Source of the DNA: Ignavibacteriota bacterium
Lineage (GTDB): Bacteria; Bacteroidota; Ignavibacteria; UBA10030
Reading direction: 5' to 3'
Assembly (NCBI GenBank): GCA_963701295.1
Contig: OY969585.1
Coordinates: forward strand, 160,001-224,000
DNA: 64,000 bases
Position numbers and translations under genes: made by a program. Below are positions 51,146 through 60,846 of this stretch, in pieces; the first letter of the stretch is position 1; every line of letters begins with the position of its first letter. Under the pieces are notes generated by a model. That model made no database searches, was not told where the DNA came from, and saw only the letters and a list, made by a program, of their open reading frames with translations.

Positions 51146-54100
51146 TAATTGTTTTGAACCTCATTAAAACGCACCGATACCAGCTTTGATATGCCTTCTT
51201 CTTCCATCGTAACACCGTACATTGCATTTGCGGCTTCCATTGTCCGTTTGTTATGAGTAACGATAACAAACTGTGTGTTGTCGGAAAATTTTCGGAGAAT
51301 ACGCGCAAATCGGTCAATGTTTGAATCATCGAGCGGCGCATCTACTTCGTCAAGAATACAAAACGGACTCGGCTTGACGAGATAGATAGCAAACAATAAT
51401 GCAATTGCCGTCAGTGTTTTTTCTCCGCCGGAGAGCAAGTCAATGGATGTTGGACGCTTGCCGCGCGGCTTCGCAATGATTTCAATTTTCGCTTCTAACG
51501 GATCGGGCTGATCTTCTTCCAAACGCAAATCGCATTCATCCCCTTCGTCGAACAACCCCTTGAACGTCGTAATAAAATTTTCGCGAATGAGTTCAAAGGT
51601 TTCTATGAATTGTTTTTGCGCCGTCGTGTTGATCTCGTCGATTGTTTCCATCACGGTTTTTTCTGACTGCTCCAGATCGTCCCTCTGGGCAGACATAAAA
51701 TCGAGCCGTTCTTTTTCACTTTTGTACTCATCGAATGCGGCAAAGTTCACGGCACCGAGCGCATGAACTTTGTCCTTGAGTTTGTGCGCTTCTTCGCGTA
51801 CAGCAGAAAAATTATACTGATCGGCATCCAAAAACTCCTGCGGTTGTATGTCGAAATCGAAATCTTCTTTCGCACGCATCTTGAGATTCTCTGCTTTCAT
51901 CGACAGTTCCTGAATCTTAATCTCCAAATCGTGTGCCGCTTTCAAAGAACCTTCCTGCCGTAACCGCTCATCTTTTAACTTCATTTCGATTCCATGAATC
52001 TGGCTGCGCTTGTCGTTAAATTCCTGATCGAACGATTTTTTTTGTTCCATCACGGCATCATATTCCTGGTGCGCTTCCGTGAGACTCATCGCAATAGCTT
52101 CCAGATCAGCATCGAGCGATGCACTGTCTTCTTTTGCTTTGAAGATTTCTTCTGTGCGCTGATCGAATGTGACCGCAATGGATTGCATCGTCGATGCTGC
52201 ATAATCTTTCGCCTGTATAATGCTTCGCTCTTCGCTCTGTAGCGCAAGAACGGTAAGATTCGCCTCATTCGCCACGCGGGAATATTCATTCCAGAGCGCA
52301 TCCATTGTTTCCACTTCACTCGCTGCCGCGCCGACTTGCTGTTCAGCTTCTGCTTGCTGCCGTTCTAATGCCGTTATGGATGGTGCAAGTATTTGAAGTT
52401 CTGCGTTGAGTAGTTCGATTTCCTGTGCCAGCTTTTCTGTTTCCGTTTCATTGCGTTCGATATTGTCCTGTGCACGTTTCTTTTCAAACTCTAATTGTGC
52501 AATGCGAATTTCTACCGAAGTTTTCTGTTGTTCGATCGTACGTGCTTCTTCCGACAGCTTTTTCAGATTGACAGTTTCTAATTCTTCGGATTTTTTCTGA
52601 AGATCGCGCTCAATGCGTTCGTGTCGTTCCCGCAGCTTGCGAACATCAGCAGTAAATTCTTCCAATTGGGACTTTTTGCTGATGTGCCCGCCTTCATCCT
52701 GCCGCACACTGCCGCCGCGGACAACGCCCTTGCCAGTCACAATCTCCCCGTCGAGTGTAATACAACGGATACTCGGATAATCGCTCACCACTATAAGCGC
52801 CGAAGAAACATCATTCACCAGCAGCGTCTCATCGAAAAGAAAGTTGAACAGCCGCTCGTGATTGTTGTCAAACTGCACAAGAGTACTTGCCCATCCGATA
52901 ACACCGGCGGTTTGAATCAAAACACGGTGATTGCTCATACTTGGCAACCGGTCAAGACAAATAAATGTTGCCTTTCCTTTTTTATTCTTTTTTAAAAAAT
53001 CGATGGCGGCATACGCTTCTTGTACATTTTCAACGACGACATATCCCGCCGATTCACCGAGGGCTGTCTCAATCGCGATGCGATATTGCGGTTCGGTCTG
53101 TACGGCCTCACCCACTGTCGTCTGAATCTTCGCACTCCATTCATTGCTCGTAATGAGATACTTTGCACCTTCGGAATACCCGTCAAAACTTTCCACCAGT
53201 CCCTTTAAAAAATCAATGCGGGCTTGTTTCCGTTCCACGTCGCCAAGCACTTCGTGTTCTTGTCGGCGTAATTGCTCAATCGCATCTTGCAACTGTTGCT
53301 TATAGTCTTCCATCTGGTGCGTGCGAACTTCAGCTTCGGCAAATGCAAGACGCAGTTGTTTGTTCTCTGCTGTTAACCTGGCAATCAACTCGGCGTTCTT
53401 TTCTATGTCCAGACGATATGTTTCATTCTCTTCTCTTGTGTATCCAACACGGCCGCGAATATTCTCTATGCGTGCCTTCACTTGATTTTCGCGGTTGCGC
53501 AATTCTGCCAGTTCACGCATCAATGCAATGACTTGATCTTGATTGGCTTTCAATTCGACACGCTTGGCATTCAGTTGTATTTCAAATTCATCGAGCTGTG
53601 CTTTCTTCTGAAGATATATTTCTTCTGCCGCACCCGTCTTCGTCTGAAGCTTTTCCAACGATTGTGCCAATTCAGATTGCTTCTCTTCCAGTTCCACACG
53701 CTGCTGACTGAGATCTATTTTTTCTCGTTCAAAGCGCTCAATATTCGAGAGAAGTGAACGCCGACGCTCCAGTGTCGTTGCGCGATGCTGTTCCAACTCA
53801 TGAATAGCCGACTGACGCGAGACCATGTCATCCTGCGTGCCTGCAAGCTGCCGCTCTAATTCTTCCGATTCCTGCCGTAGCACATTGAGCAAAGCTTCTT
53901 CTTGTTTCACTTCCACTTCAAGACGATTCTTCTCGTCCACAGCAACAGAGAGCTGTTGTGCGAGTGGTTCGATCTTGAGCACAACGTTGGAATACTCGCG
54001 ATTGAGTAACTCTACTTCCAGTTCCTGCAATTGTTTTACGAGTTCGTTGTACTTCTCCGCTTTCTGTGCCTGACGTTCCAAGGAATTCACCGCTTTTTCT

Positions 54101-54693
54101 ACACCGCGGATAATATCGTTCACACGCGTAAGGTCCTGCCGCACAATTTCTAAACGACGAGTTGCTTCTTTCCGTCGATATTTATATTTCGTGACACCGG
54201 CAGATTCTTCAAACAAACGGCGCCGCTCGTCGGAATTCTCACTGAGAATACTTTCCACCATTTTTAATTCGATCACAGAGTATGCATCCGAACCCATGCC
54301 GGTATCCATGAATAAATCGCGGATGTCCTTCAATCGGCAAAGAGTTTTGTTCAAATAATATTCACTTTCACCAGAACGGAACACGCGGCGCGTGATGGTC
54401 ACTTCAGAATATTCGGTGGGAAGGATGCCTTTGGTGTTTTCGATGGTGATGGAGACTTCGGCAACATTCAGTGGTTTACGTGATTTCGTACCGTTGAAAA
54501 TGACATCTTCCATTTTATCCGAACGAAGCGTTGTCGGACGTTGTTCACCTAAGGCCCATCGGATAGCATCAACGACATTCGTCTTCCCGCAGCCGTTTGG
54601 GCCCACGATTGCGGTCAAGCCTTCATCAAATGTGAGGTTCACTTTTTGGGCAAATGACTTGAATCCAAATATTTCTAGTTTAGATAAATACAT
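51145..54693 (-). CDS. smc: Chromosome segregation protein SMC
   Basis: True start MYLSKLEIFGFKSF at 54693; GPNGCGKTN Walker A, coiled coils, hinge, LSGGEK, LDEVDAPLD. Confidence 0.97.
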   Translation of the reverse strand: MYLSKLEIFGFKSFAQKVNLTFDEGLTAIVGPNGCGKTNVVDAIRWALGEQRPTTLRSDKMEDVIFNGTKSRKPLNVAEVSITIENTKGILPTEYSEVTITRRVFRSGESEYYLNKTLCRLKDIRDLFMDTGMGSDAYSVIELKMVESILSENSDERRRLFEESAGVTKYKYRRKEATRRLEIVRQDLTRVNDIIRGVEKAVNSLERQAQKAEKYNELVKQLQELEVELLNREYSNVVLKIEPLAQQLSVAVDEKNRLEVEVKQEEALLNVLRQESEELERQLAGTQDDMVSRQSAIHELEQHRATTLERRRSLLSNIERFEREKIDLSQQRVELEEKQSELAQSLEKLQTKTGAAEEIYLQKKAQLDEFEIQLNAKRVELKANQDQVIALMRELAELRNRENQVKARIENIRGRVGYTREENETYRLDIEKNAELIARLTAENKQLRLAFAEAEVRTHQMEDYKQQLQDAIEQLRRQEHEVLGDVERKQARIDFLKGLVESFDGYSEGAKYLITSNEWSAKIQTTVGEAVQTEPQYRIAIETALGESAGYVVVENVQEAYAAIDFLKKNKKGKATFICLDRLPSMSNHRVLIQTAGVIGWASTLVQFDNNHERLFNFLFDETLLVNDVSSALIVVSDYPSIRCITLDGEIVTGKGVVRGGSVRQDEGGHISKKSQLEEFTADVRKLRERHERIERDLQKKSEELETVNLKKLSEEARTIEQQKTSVEIRIAQLEFEKKRAQDNIERNETETEKLAQEIELLNAELQILAPSITALERQQAEAEQQVGAAASEVETMDALWNEYSRVANEANLTVLALQSEERSIIQAKDYAASTMQSIAVTFDQRTEEIFKAKEDSASLDADLEAIAMSLTEAHQEYDAVMEQKKSFDQEFNDKRSQIHGIEMKLKDERLRQEGSLKAAHDLEIKIQELSMKAENLKMRAKEDFDFDIQPQEFLDADQYNFSAVREEAHKLKDKVHALGAVNFAAFDEYKSEKERLDFMSAQRDDLEQSEKTVMETIDEINTTAQKQFIETFELIRENFITTFKGLFDEGDECDLRLEEDQPDPLEAKIEIIAKPRGKRPTSIDLLSGGEKTLTAIALLFAIYLVKPSPFCILDEVDAPLDDSNIDRFARILRKFSDNTQFVIVTHNKRTMEAANAMYGVTMEEEGISKLVSVRFNEVQNN

Positions 54694-57356
54694 TATCCGA
54701 GGTTCTGCGCGAGATGTATTATGAATTTCACATACGCACTCAGAGCATAGACCGAATCGTAATAGAAGAACAGCCCACCCAGTAGAAGAATACACACAAA
54801 GATTCCACCAACATAGGTTTTCACCAAGACCAGATCGTAAATCACAGAAATCCCCTTCAGTATCCTCAAGAATGTCCAGAAGAAAAAGAGAGACATAAGC
54901 ACGAGCGATGGAATTACATAAGAAGGATTCTCCATGATTTTGAACAGACCCATCGCAAGTGGACTCAGGAAAATAGCAGGCGCCGCACTCCACACAGAAA
55001 TCGAGTATACGTGAAACCATGAAACACGCGCTCTCACAAGCAAAGCAAATACTTTTATCAGGAAAGCGAGAAACATTCCGAAGAAAAAGAACATTCCAGC
55101 GAGCATCATGATGCCGGCAAACGGATGCCATGTTGCATAAATAAATTGTACTTTCAGCCAATCCCATACAAACAGATATGTGATGACGTAATCGGCGAAT
55201 TTATCTCCGCGATAATGATACATAATACTCGAGAGCAAGCATGCAAACGTCATAGAAATTGCGCTCGATAGAACAAGGGTATGCGCAATGGAAACTGCAT
55301 GCAGATCGCGCAAGTCAACAAAAAAATTATAGGAACGGGTCAGGGAGCGTTTGAGGCTTTCGCCAAATCTGCGGTTCGTGGATTCGTAACCGATGAGAAG
55401 AATCACAAACAGTCCCATGAGTACATGTGACCAAGGAAAACTTACACGATAGTTGCCAGCAGGAATGGCGGCAATCCGTTCTTCATTGTAGAGCGCACGA
55501 ACGGCTTCGTACGCGAGCCGTTTTTCCCTTGTCTGATTCAGCAGACCTATTGGATGAAGATAGTGATCACCAAACGGGAAGCTGAGAAGTGGACGATCAC
55601 CACGCCAATCCGTGAGAGCCGCTGCAAAACTGCCTGCCCCATTTGCTTCCTTGATTGCTGCATAGTATTGGAGATAGAATCGAGCTTGTGACTCCTGCGA
55701 CGATGGGTCGCTATATCCGTTCCGATTCTCCTGATCCACTTCTTTCCCGTAACTCAGAATAATCAATGGTTGTTCCGGGTGTTTCTTTTTCCATTCCGAC
55801 AACAACCGCCGGTACTCCTTGAGATCGGAGGATGGTACGACAATACCGACAAAATCAACGTACGATGCGCAGACATCATTTTTCGACATGCGAGATCCGT
55901 AATACACAGGACGACCATCAAGCTGGCGTGCGACGCCGCTCATGTTCTGAACAAATCCTGCGGCTTCTTCATCCGCAGAATCAAACTGATCACCAATGCC
56001 CCACGCAAGCACGCACGGAAAATGACCGTCCCGTTCTAGCATTTCTCGCATTTGAGTTTCGGCTAAGGATTGAAATGCTTCATCCTTCAAAATATCGGCC
56101 GGAACATTCCAGACTGGTATCTCCTCCAATACAGCTAATCCGTACCGAGTGCACAGGTCGAGCATATAAGGATGCGGCGGATGGAATGCAAATCGGATCG
56201 CGTTCGCGCCAAGTGATTTGATAAGGACGACATCTTTTTCCATTTGCTCGTATGAAAGAGACGCTCCGTATTTCGGTGAATCTTCATGCCATACAACACC
56301 TTTGAGTATCGTCTTGTTCCCATTCAGCACCAACGTGTTATTATCAACGCGCATGGATGCAAAGCCGATATTCAGATTGTATTGATCTATGATCGTCTTC
56401 TGTTTCTCATCTACGGAAATAATATTTGTCTTCAGTATGTAGAGCTCAGGACTTTCCGGGCTCCACAATTTTGGTCTGTTCACCGTGAGCTCAAGCTGAA
56501 CATTTGCATTCTTGTTTGATTCTAACAGAAACGGTGCAGACATTCCTTGCGCCACAAGGAGATCCGAAAACCGCTCGTACAGCTCTGCAAGTAAGAAGTA
56601 AGATACTTGTTTAGGTTTTGCTGAAAGTGAATCGCGATTTAAACCGCCGAATCGTCTATTGTTCAGAACACCATCGAGATGCACTATTGCTTGCTGCACC
56701 TCCTGGTCCACGCGAGTCTGCACATGCAGACGATCCACCCAGAGCCGCGGTGTTGCCAGCAAATAGATATCGCGCAAAATGCCGCCGTAATTCTTCCATC
56801 CCCATATATGTTTGCGAACCGGCAATGTACCAAATGCATTGAGCCGATTGTTTACCATTACTTTGACAGTGTTTTCCTTCCCAATTTGAAGCGCATCTTC
56901 CGGAATCTCAAACTCAAAACTCGTATATCCGCCGACGTGCTTTCCCACGTATACATCATTGATATAGATTTCACACTCATAATTAATTCCAAGCGCAACA
57001 AATTTGAACGCAAAATTATTTAGAAGTTCCTCGTTCAGTGTAAATGTGCGACGAAACGTCATCCGTCCTTCATAATCGATCGAACTGGGAACTTTTATTT
57101 CATTCCATATTTCATCGTTGAGGGAAAACTGCCACTTCCCCGCTAAATCGATTTTTTTCCGTGTGGGCGAATCGAGGTGAATTCCTGCGTCCAGCCCTTC
57201 TAATGTTGGCTGGCCGTTTGTAAGAACGAGCGGCATACCACATACTATCGTGCTGAGAACTATAACAGCTGAGAGTGTGAGGAATGTAAAGAAAATCCTG
57301 AAAATATGAGGTTTTTTTGCCAATTCGATGAACTTACTGTGCGCGGAAGTTGCCAC
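54693..57356 (-). CDS. Glycoside hydrolase family 2-like protein fused to a C-terminal multi-pass membrane domain; catalytic glutamates apparently absent
   Basis: LAGKWQF, VGKHVGGYTSFEF, YGGILRDIYL, LWSPESPELY, LKGVVWHE, GANAIR, DLC..YGL; about 6 TM helices at the C-terminus. Confidence 0.85.
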   Translation of the reverse strand: MATSAHSKFIELAKKPHIFRIFFTFLTLSAVIVLSTIVCGMPLVLTNGQPTLEGLDAGIHLDSPTRKKIDLAGKWQFSLNDEIWNEIKVPSSIDYEGRMTFRRTFTLNEELLNNFAFKFVALGINYECEIYINDVYVGKHVGGYTSFEFEIPEDALQIGKENTVKVMVNNRLNAFGTLPVRKHIWGWKNYGGILRDIYLLATPRLWVDRLHVQTRVDQEVQQAIVHLDGVLNNRRFGGLNRDSLSAKPKQVSYFLLAELYERFSDLLVAQGMSAPFLLESNKNANVQLELTVNRPKLWSPESPELYILKTNIISVDEKQKTIIDQYNLNIGFASMRVDNNTLVLNGNKTILKGVVWHEDSPKYGASLSYEQMEKDVVLIKSLGANAIRFAFHPPHPYMLDLCTRYGLAVLEEIPVWNVPADILKDEAFQSLAETQMREMLERDGHFPCVLAWGIGDQFDSADEEAAGFVQNMSGVARQLDGRPVYYGSRMSKNDVCASYVDFVGIVVPSSDLKEYRRLLSEWKKKHPEQPLIILSYGKEVDQENRNGYSDPSSQESQARFYLQYYAAIKEANGAGSFAAALTDWRGDRPLLSFPFGDHYLHPIGLLNQTREKRLAYEAVRALYNEERIAAIPAGNYRVSFPWSHVLMGLFVILLIGYESTNRRFGESLKRSLTRSYNFFVDLRDLHAVSIAHTLVLSSAISMTFACLLSSIMYHYRGDKFADYVITYLFVWDWLKVQFIYATWHPFAGIMMLAGMFFFFGMFLAFLIKVFALLVRARVSWFHVYSISVWSAAPAIFLSPLAMGLFKIMENPSYVIPSLVLMSLFFFWTFLRILKGISVIYDLVLVKTYVGGIFVCILLLGGLFFYYDSVYALSAYVKFIIHLAQNLG

Positions 57357-57388
57357 TGATTAAGGCGGCATCGCTCATAATAAATTTA

Positions 57389-57417
57389 AATATAATACAT
57401 AATGCCAGCGAAAGCAA
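57389..57417 (-). promoter_or_regulatory. Putative promoter of the GH2-smc-lpx operon
   Basis: TTGCTT-N17-TATATT. Confidence 0.55.
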
Positions 57418-57563
57418 TGGAATTCCCAGTCCTTTTGTGGTTTTTCTGCTGAATGTTTACTATGATAGCACTGAAAAAATATTGCGAGTTGACCTCTTTT
57501 TTTCTCCATCTTCATTTGTTGAGCGGTTATTATAGTGATTCAGCATCAGAAAGTGAGACGCTT

Positions 57564-60137
57564 ATGACTCGACCAATTCTTTCCTATACCGTCGCCCCTT
57601 CCATCCCTCAAGAGCTCCAGTGTCTTCATGCCATTGCATATAATTTACTTTGGGCATGGGACCATGAACTGATGGAACTCTTCATGAGAATTGATTTGGA
57701 CTTATGGGAACGAACCAACCATAACCCTGTACAAATGTTGGGAATGATCAAACAGGAGCGGCTCAATACGCTGGTGCGGGATGATGCCTTTCTTGTACAG
57801 GCTGAACGCGCAAGCCGGCGTTTTTCAGATTATCAAGATGCCGGTTCAAGCTGGTTCCACAAAACTCATCCGGATGCAAAGAGTGGATGCTTTGGATATT
57901 TCTCTGCGGAGTTTGGGATAACTGAGTGCCTGCAAAATTATTCCGGCGGCTTAGGAATTCTTTCCGGCGATCATCTGAAAGCTGCGAGCGACTTGGGATT
58001 GCCGCTTGTCGGTGTGGGATTACTCTATCAACAGGGATATTTCCGTCAGTATCTCAACGCCGATGGATGGCAGCAAGAACGGAATCCGGAAAACGATTTC
58101 TATGGGCTTCCGCTGAAACCGGCGCTTGACTCTGAAGGAAAACAAAAAACCATCTCTGTGGATTTTCCGGGCCGTCAGGTTACCGCCCAGATTTGGCAAG
58201 TACAGGTTGGACGAGTAACGCTCAATCTTCTCGATACGAACATTCCTCAGAATTCTCAGGAAGATCAGGATATTACCGATCAGCTGTACGGCGGCGACCG
58301 AGAAATGCGTATGAAACAAGAAATTCTATTGGGCATCGGCGGATACCGCGCACTCAAAGCACTCGGGCTGAAACCGGCTGTCTATCATTTAAACGAAGGG
58401 CACTCTTCCTTCCTGACATTAGAACATTGCCGAGATCTCATGCATGAATATCACATTACGTTTGCAGAAGCACGTGAACAAACGATTGCAAGCACTGTCT
58501 TTACCACGCATACACCTGTGCCGGCCGGTAATGATTACTTTGACCCGAACCTAATGGAGAAGTACTTTGGTCATTACTATAAAGAATTAGGGCTTTCCAC
58601 GATAGAATTTCATGGACTCGGACGTGAAAATCCAAACAACGCAGCTGAAAGTTTTTGTATGACCATTCTCGCGTTTAAGATGTCTGGGCACAGCAACGGT
58701 GTGAGCAAGCTGCACGGAAAAGTATCGAGAGAGATGTGGAAAAACGTGTGGCCCGGAGTTCCGGTACAGGATGTTCCTATCATCTCCATCACCAATGGTG
58801 TGCATGCGCCATCCTGGATCAGCCGCGATATGGCGGGACTATTAGATCGGTACCTTAGTCCCGGTTGGCGTGAAGACGCGGGCCAACAGTATGGACTCTG
58901 GGGTAGAGTGCATCAAATTCCGGATGAAGAACTTTGGCGTACTCATGAACGCCGCCGCGAGCGACTTGTTGCCTTCGCGCGCAATCGTCTTCGAACTCAG
59001 CTTGAAGCCCGCGGTGCTACTCCTTCGGAGGTGGCACAGGCGAACGAGATACTTAGACCGGAGGCGCTCACGATCGGCTTCTCACGGCGCTTTGCGACCT
59101 ATAAGCGCGCGACGCTCCTTTTGCGCAATCCTGAACGCTTGATAAAAATTCTCACGGATAAGGAACGGCCCGTTCAATTCATCTTTGCCGGCAAAGCACA
59201 TCCGAATGATAATCCTGGCAAAGAGTTGATTCGTCAAATCATACATTTCGAACGCCTTCCGGAAGCACGCAGGCGGATGGTATTCATAGAAGATTACGAT
59301 ATCGTCGTTGCCCGTTACCTTGTTCAAGGTGTCGATGTCTGGCTGAACACACCGCTCCGCCCGATGGAAGCCAGCGGCACGAGCGGCATGAAGGCAACAT
59401 TGAACGGCGCTATCAATGTCAGCATCTTGGACGGCTGGTGGGCTGAAGCATTCAACCCGAACACCGGTTGGGCTATCGGCCGCGGCGAAGAGTATCGCGA
59501 CGAAGAGTATCAGAATGAAGTGGAGTCAAACGCGCTCTTCGATCTCCTCGAAAAGGAAATCATTCCGTTGTTCTACACCCGCACAACAGACGATCTTCCG
59601 CGTCCATGGATTGCTAAAATGAAAAGCGCCATGCGCGCTATTGGACCGTATTTCAATACAAACCGGATGGTACGCCAATATGCAGAAGAGATGTATTTGC
59701 CGGCACTTCAACGCGCTGAGATTCTTTCCAAAGACAATTTTGAACATGCAAAACAGCTTGCCGCGTGGAAGCAAAATCTGCGCGCGAATTGGAGTACACT
59801 CAAAATTCTCGAAGTGAAAAATGAAAAACACGATGGTTTCAAAGTCGGCGATCCTTGCGTTATCCACGCGTGGCTTGACCTCGGTAAATGTAAATCGGAT
59901 GATATTTCGGTTGAAATGTTCTACGGACCGTTAGATGCAAATGGCGATATCGAATCTCCAAAAACATCACCCATGCAGTACATCAAGCAAGCAGAGAACG
60001 GTTCGCATGAATTTACGGGAACCATTAAACTCGAAGTCAGCGGACGGATAGGACATACAGTACGTGTGCTGCCCAAGCATCCGGATATTGACAACCCGTT
60101 CCGTGAGGGATTGATTCTCTGGGCACAAAAAAAATAG
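57564..60137 (+). CDS. glgP: Alpha-glucan (glycogen) phosphorylase
   Basis: YFSAEFG, YSGGLGIL, HLNEGH, RRFATYKR, EASGTSGMK, LDGWW; ATG 57564 preferred (ORF track 57453). Confidence 0.96.
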   Translation: MTRPILSYTVAPSIPQELQCLHAIAYNLLWAWDHELMELFMRIDLDLWERTNHNPVQMLGMIKQERLNTLVRDDAFLVQAERASRRFSDYQDAGSSWFHKTHPDAKSGCFGYFSAEFGITECLQNYSGGLGILSGDHLKAASDLGLPLVGVGLLYQQGYFRQYLNADGWQQERNPENDFYGLPLKPALDSEGKQKTISVDFPGRQVTAQIWQVQVGRVTLNLLDTNIPQNSQEDQDITDQLYGGDREMRMKQEILLGIGGYRALKALGLKPAVYHLNEGHSSFLTLEHCRDLMHEYHITFAEAREQTIASTVFTTHTPVPAGNDYFDPNLMEKYFGHYYKELGLSTIEFHGLGRENPNNAAESFCMTILAFKMSGHSNGVSKLHGKVSREMWKNVWPGVPVQDVPIISITNGVHAPSWISRDMAGLLDRYLSPGWREDAGQQYGLWGRVHQIPDEELWRTHERRRERLVAFARNRLRTQLEARGATPSEVAQANEILRPEALTIGFSRRFATYKRATLLLRNPERLIKILTDKERPVQFIFAGKAHPNDNPGKELIRQIIHFERLPEARRRMVFIEDYDIVVARYLVQGVDVWLNTPLRPMEASGTSGMKATLNGAINVSILDGWWAEAFNPNTGWAIGRGEEYRDEEYQNEVESNALFDLLEKEIIPLFYTRTTDDLPRPWIAKMKSAMRAIGPYFNTNRMVRQYAEEMYLPALQRAEILSKDNFEHAKQLAAWKQNLRANWSTLKILEVKNEKHDGFKVGDPCVIHAWLDLGKCKSDDISVEMFYGPLDANGDIESPKTSPMQYIKQAENGSHEFTGTIKLEVSGRIGHTVRVLPKHPDIDNPFREGLILWAQKK

Positions 60138-60295
60138 AATTCATCCGAGAGAGTAACTACCTCGGAACTTGCTCCAAAGTATTCAATATATTTTTTTGGA
60201 TGCCAGATTAATTTATTTTGGAATGATATAAATATTGTTGCAAGCTCACGCTTGCTTTATTCTCAGACCTCCGGCTGAAATCGAAACGTATACAT

Positions 60296-60556
60296 GTTCT
60301 TTCTTTTGTCTTGACACAAAAGGAAAGAACCAAAGAAAAAGTCAAGACTGACGAAAAATATGGAGTCGGAGACATAATATAGATACACGCTATAGCGTGC
60401 AACAACTTTAGACCTCCGGCTAGCTCCCATCGTTGACCAGAAAAAAACTCGTTCGCTAAAGCGAACTCAGACAATTTTCTGGTCGGGCACTTTGCTCGCC
60501 TTGTTTTACTTCCATATTTTTCTGAGGTCAATATAAAAGCTTTATCGATTTCGCGG
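60296..60556. repeat. Structured dispersed repeat, copy 1 (candidate non-autonomous element or ncRNA)
   Basis: Direct repeat of 63564-63855 with nested inverted repeats. Confidence 0.85.
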
Positions 60557-60583
60557 GCTGAAGAAAAAATCATAAAAAGGAAA

Positions 60584-60666
60584 TGTCATACCCGTGGTTT
60601 TTTAGCTGGCATCCATGTCCTTGATTCCTTGGTTCTGGATTCCCGACAAAGGCACTCGGGAATGAC
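60584..60666. repeat. GTCATTCCCG-type REP doublet
   Basis: TGTCATACCCG...GGCATCCA ... TGGATTCCCGACAAAGGCACTCGGGAATGAC. Confidence 0.65.
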
Positions 60667-60846
60667 TTGAAGAAAGACGAGTTGTCAAGATTGTTCTGCC
60701 ATGCAGACATCCGAATTATAACATTTCCTCCACTCTTCATCAACAAAAACAAATATCCTGCGATTTTCATAAACCTGTGGAGGTTCAAGACAAATATTCT
60801 TATCATTTTTACAAGTCCTCACTGAACACTTTATGCACAGGTCATT

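Noticed and set aside
54694-55167. 158-aa Cys-rich N-terminal extension of SMC in the ORF track
   Set aside because: It overlaps the GH2-like gene in another frame; the canonical SMC start MYLSKLEIFGFKSF is at 54693 with TAATG coupling.
60208-60573. 121-aa ORF and its counterpart at 63471-63695
   Set aside because: Both are translations of the structured repeat; they differ in length, and conservation follows base pairing rather than codons.
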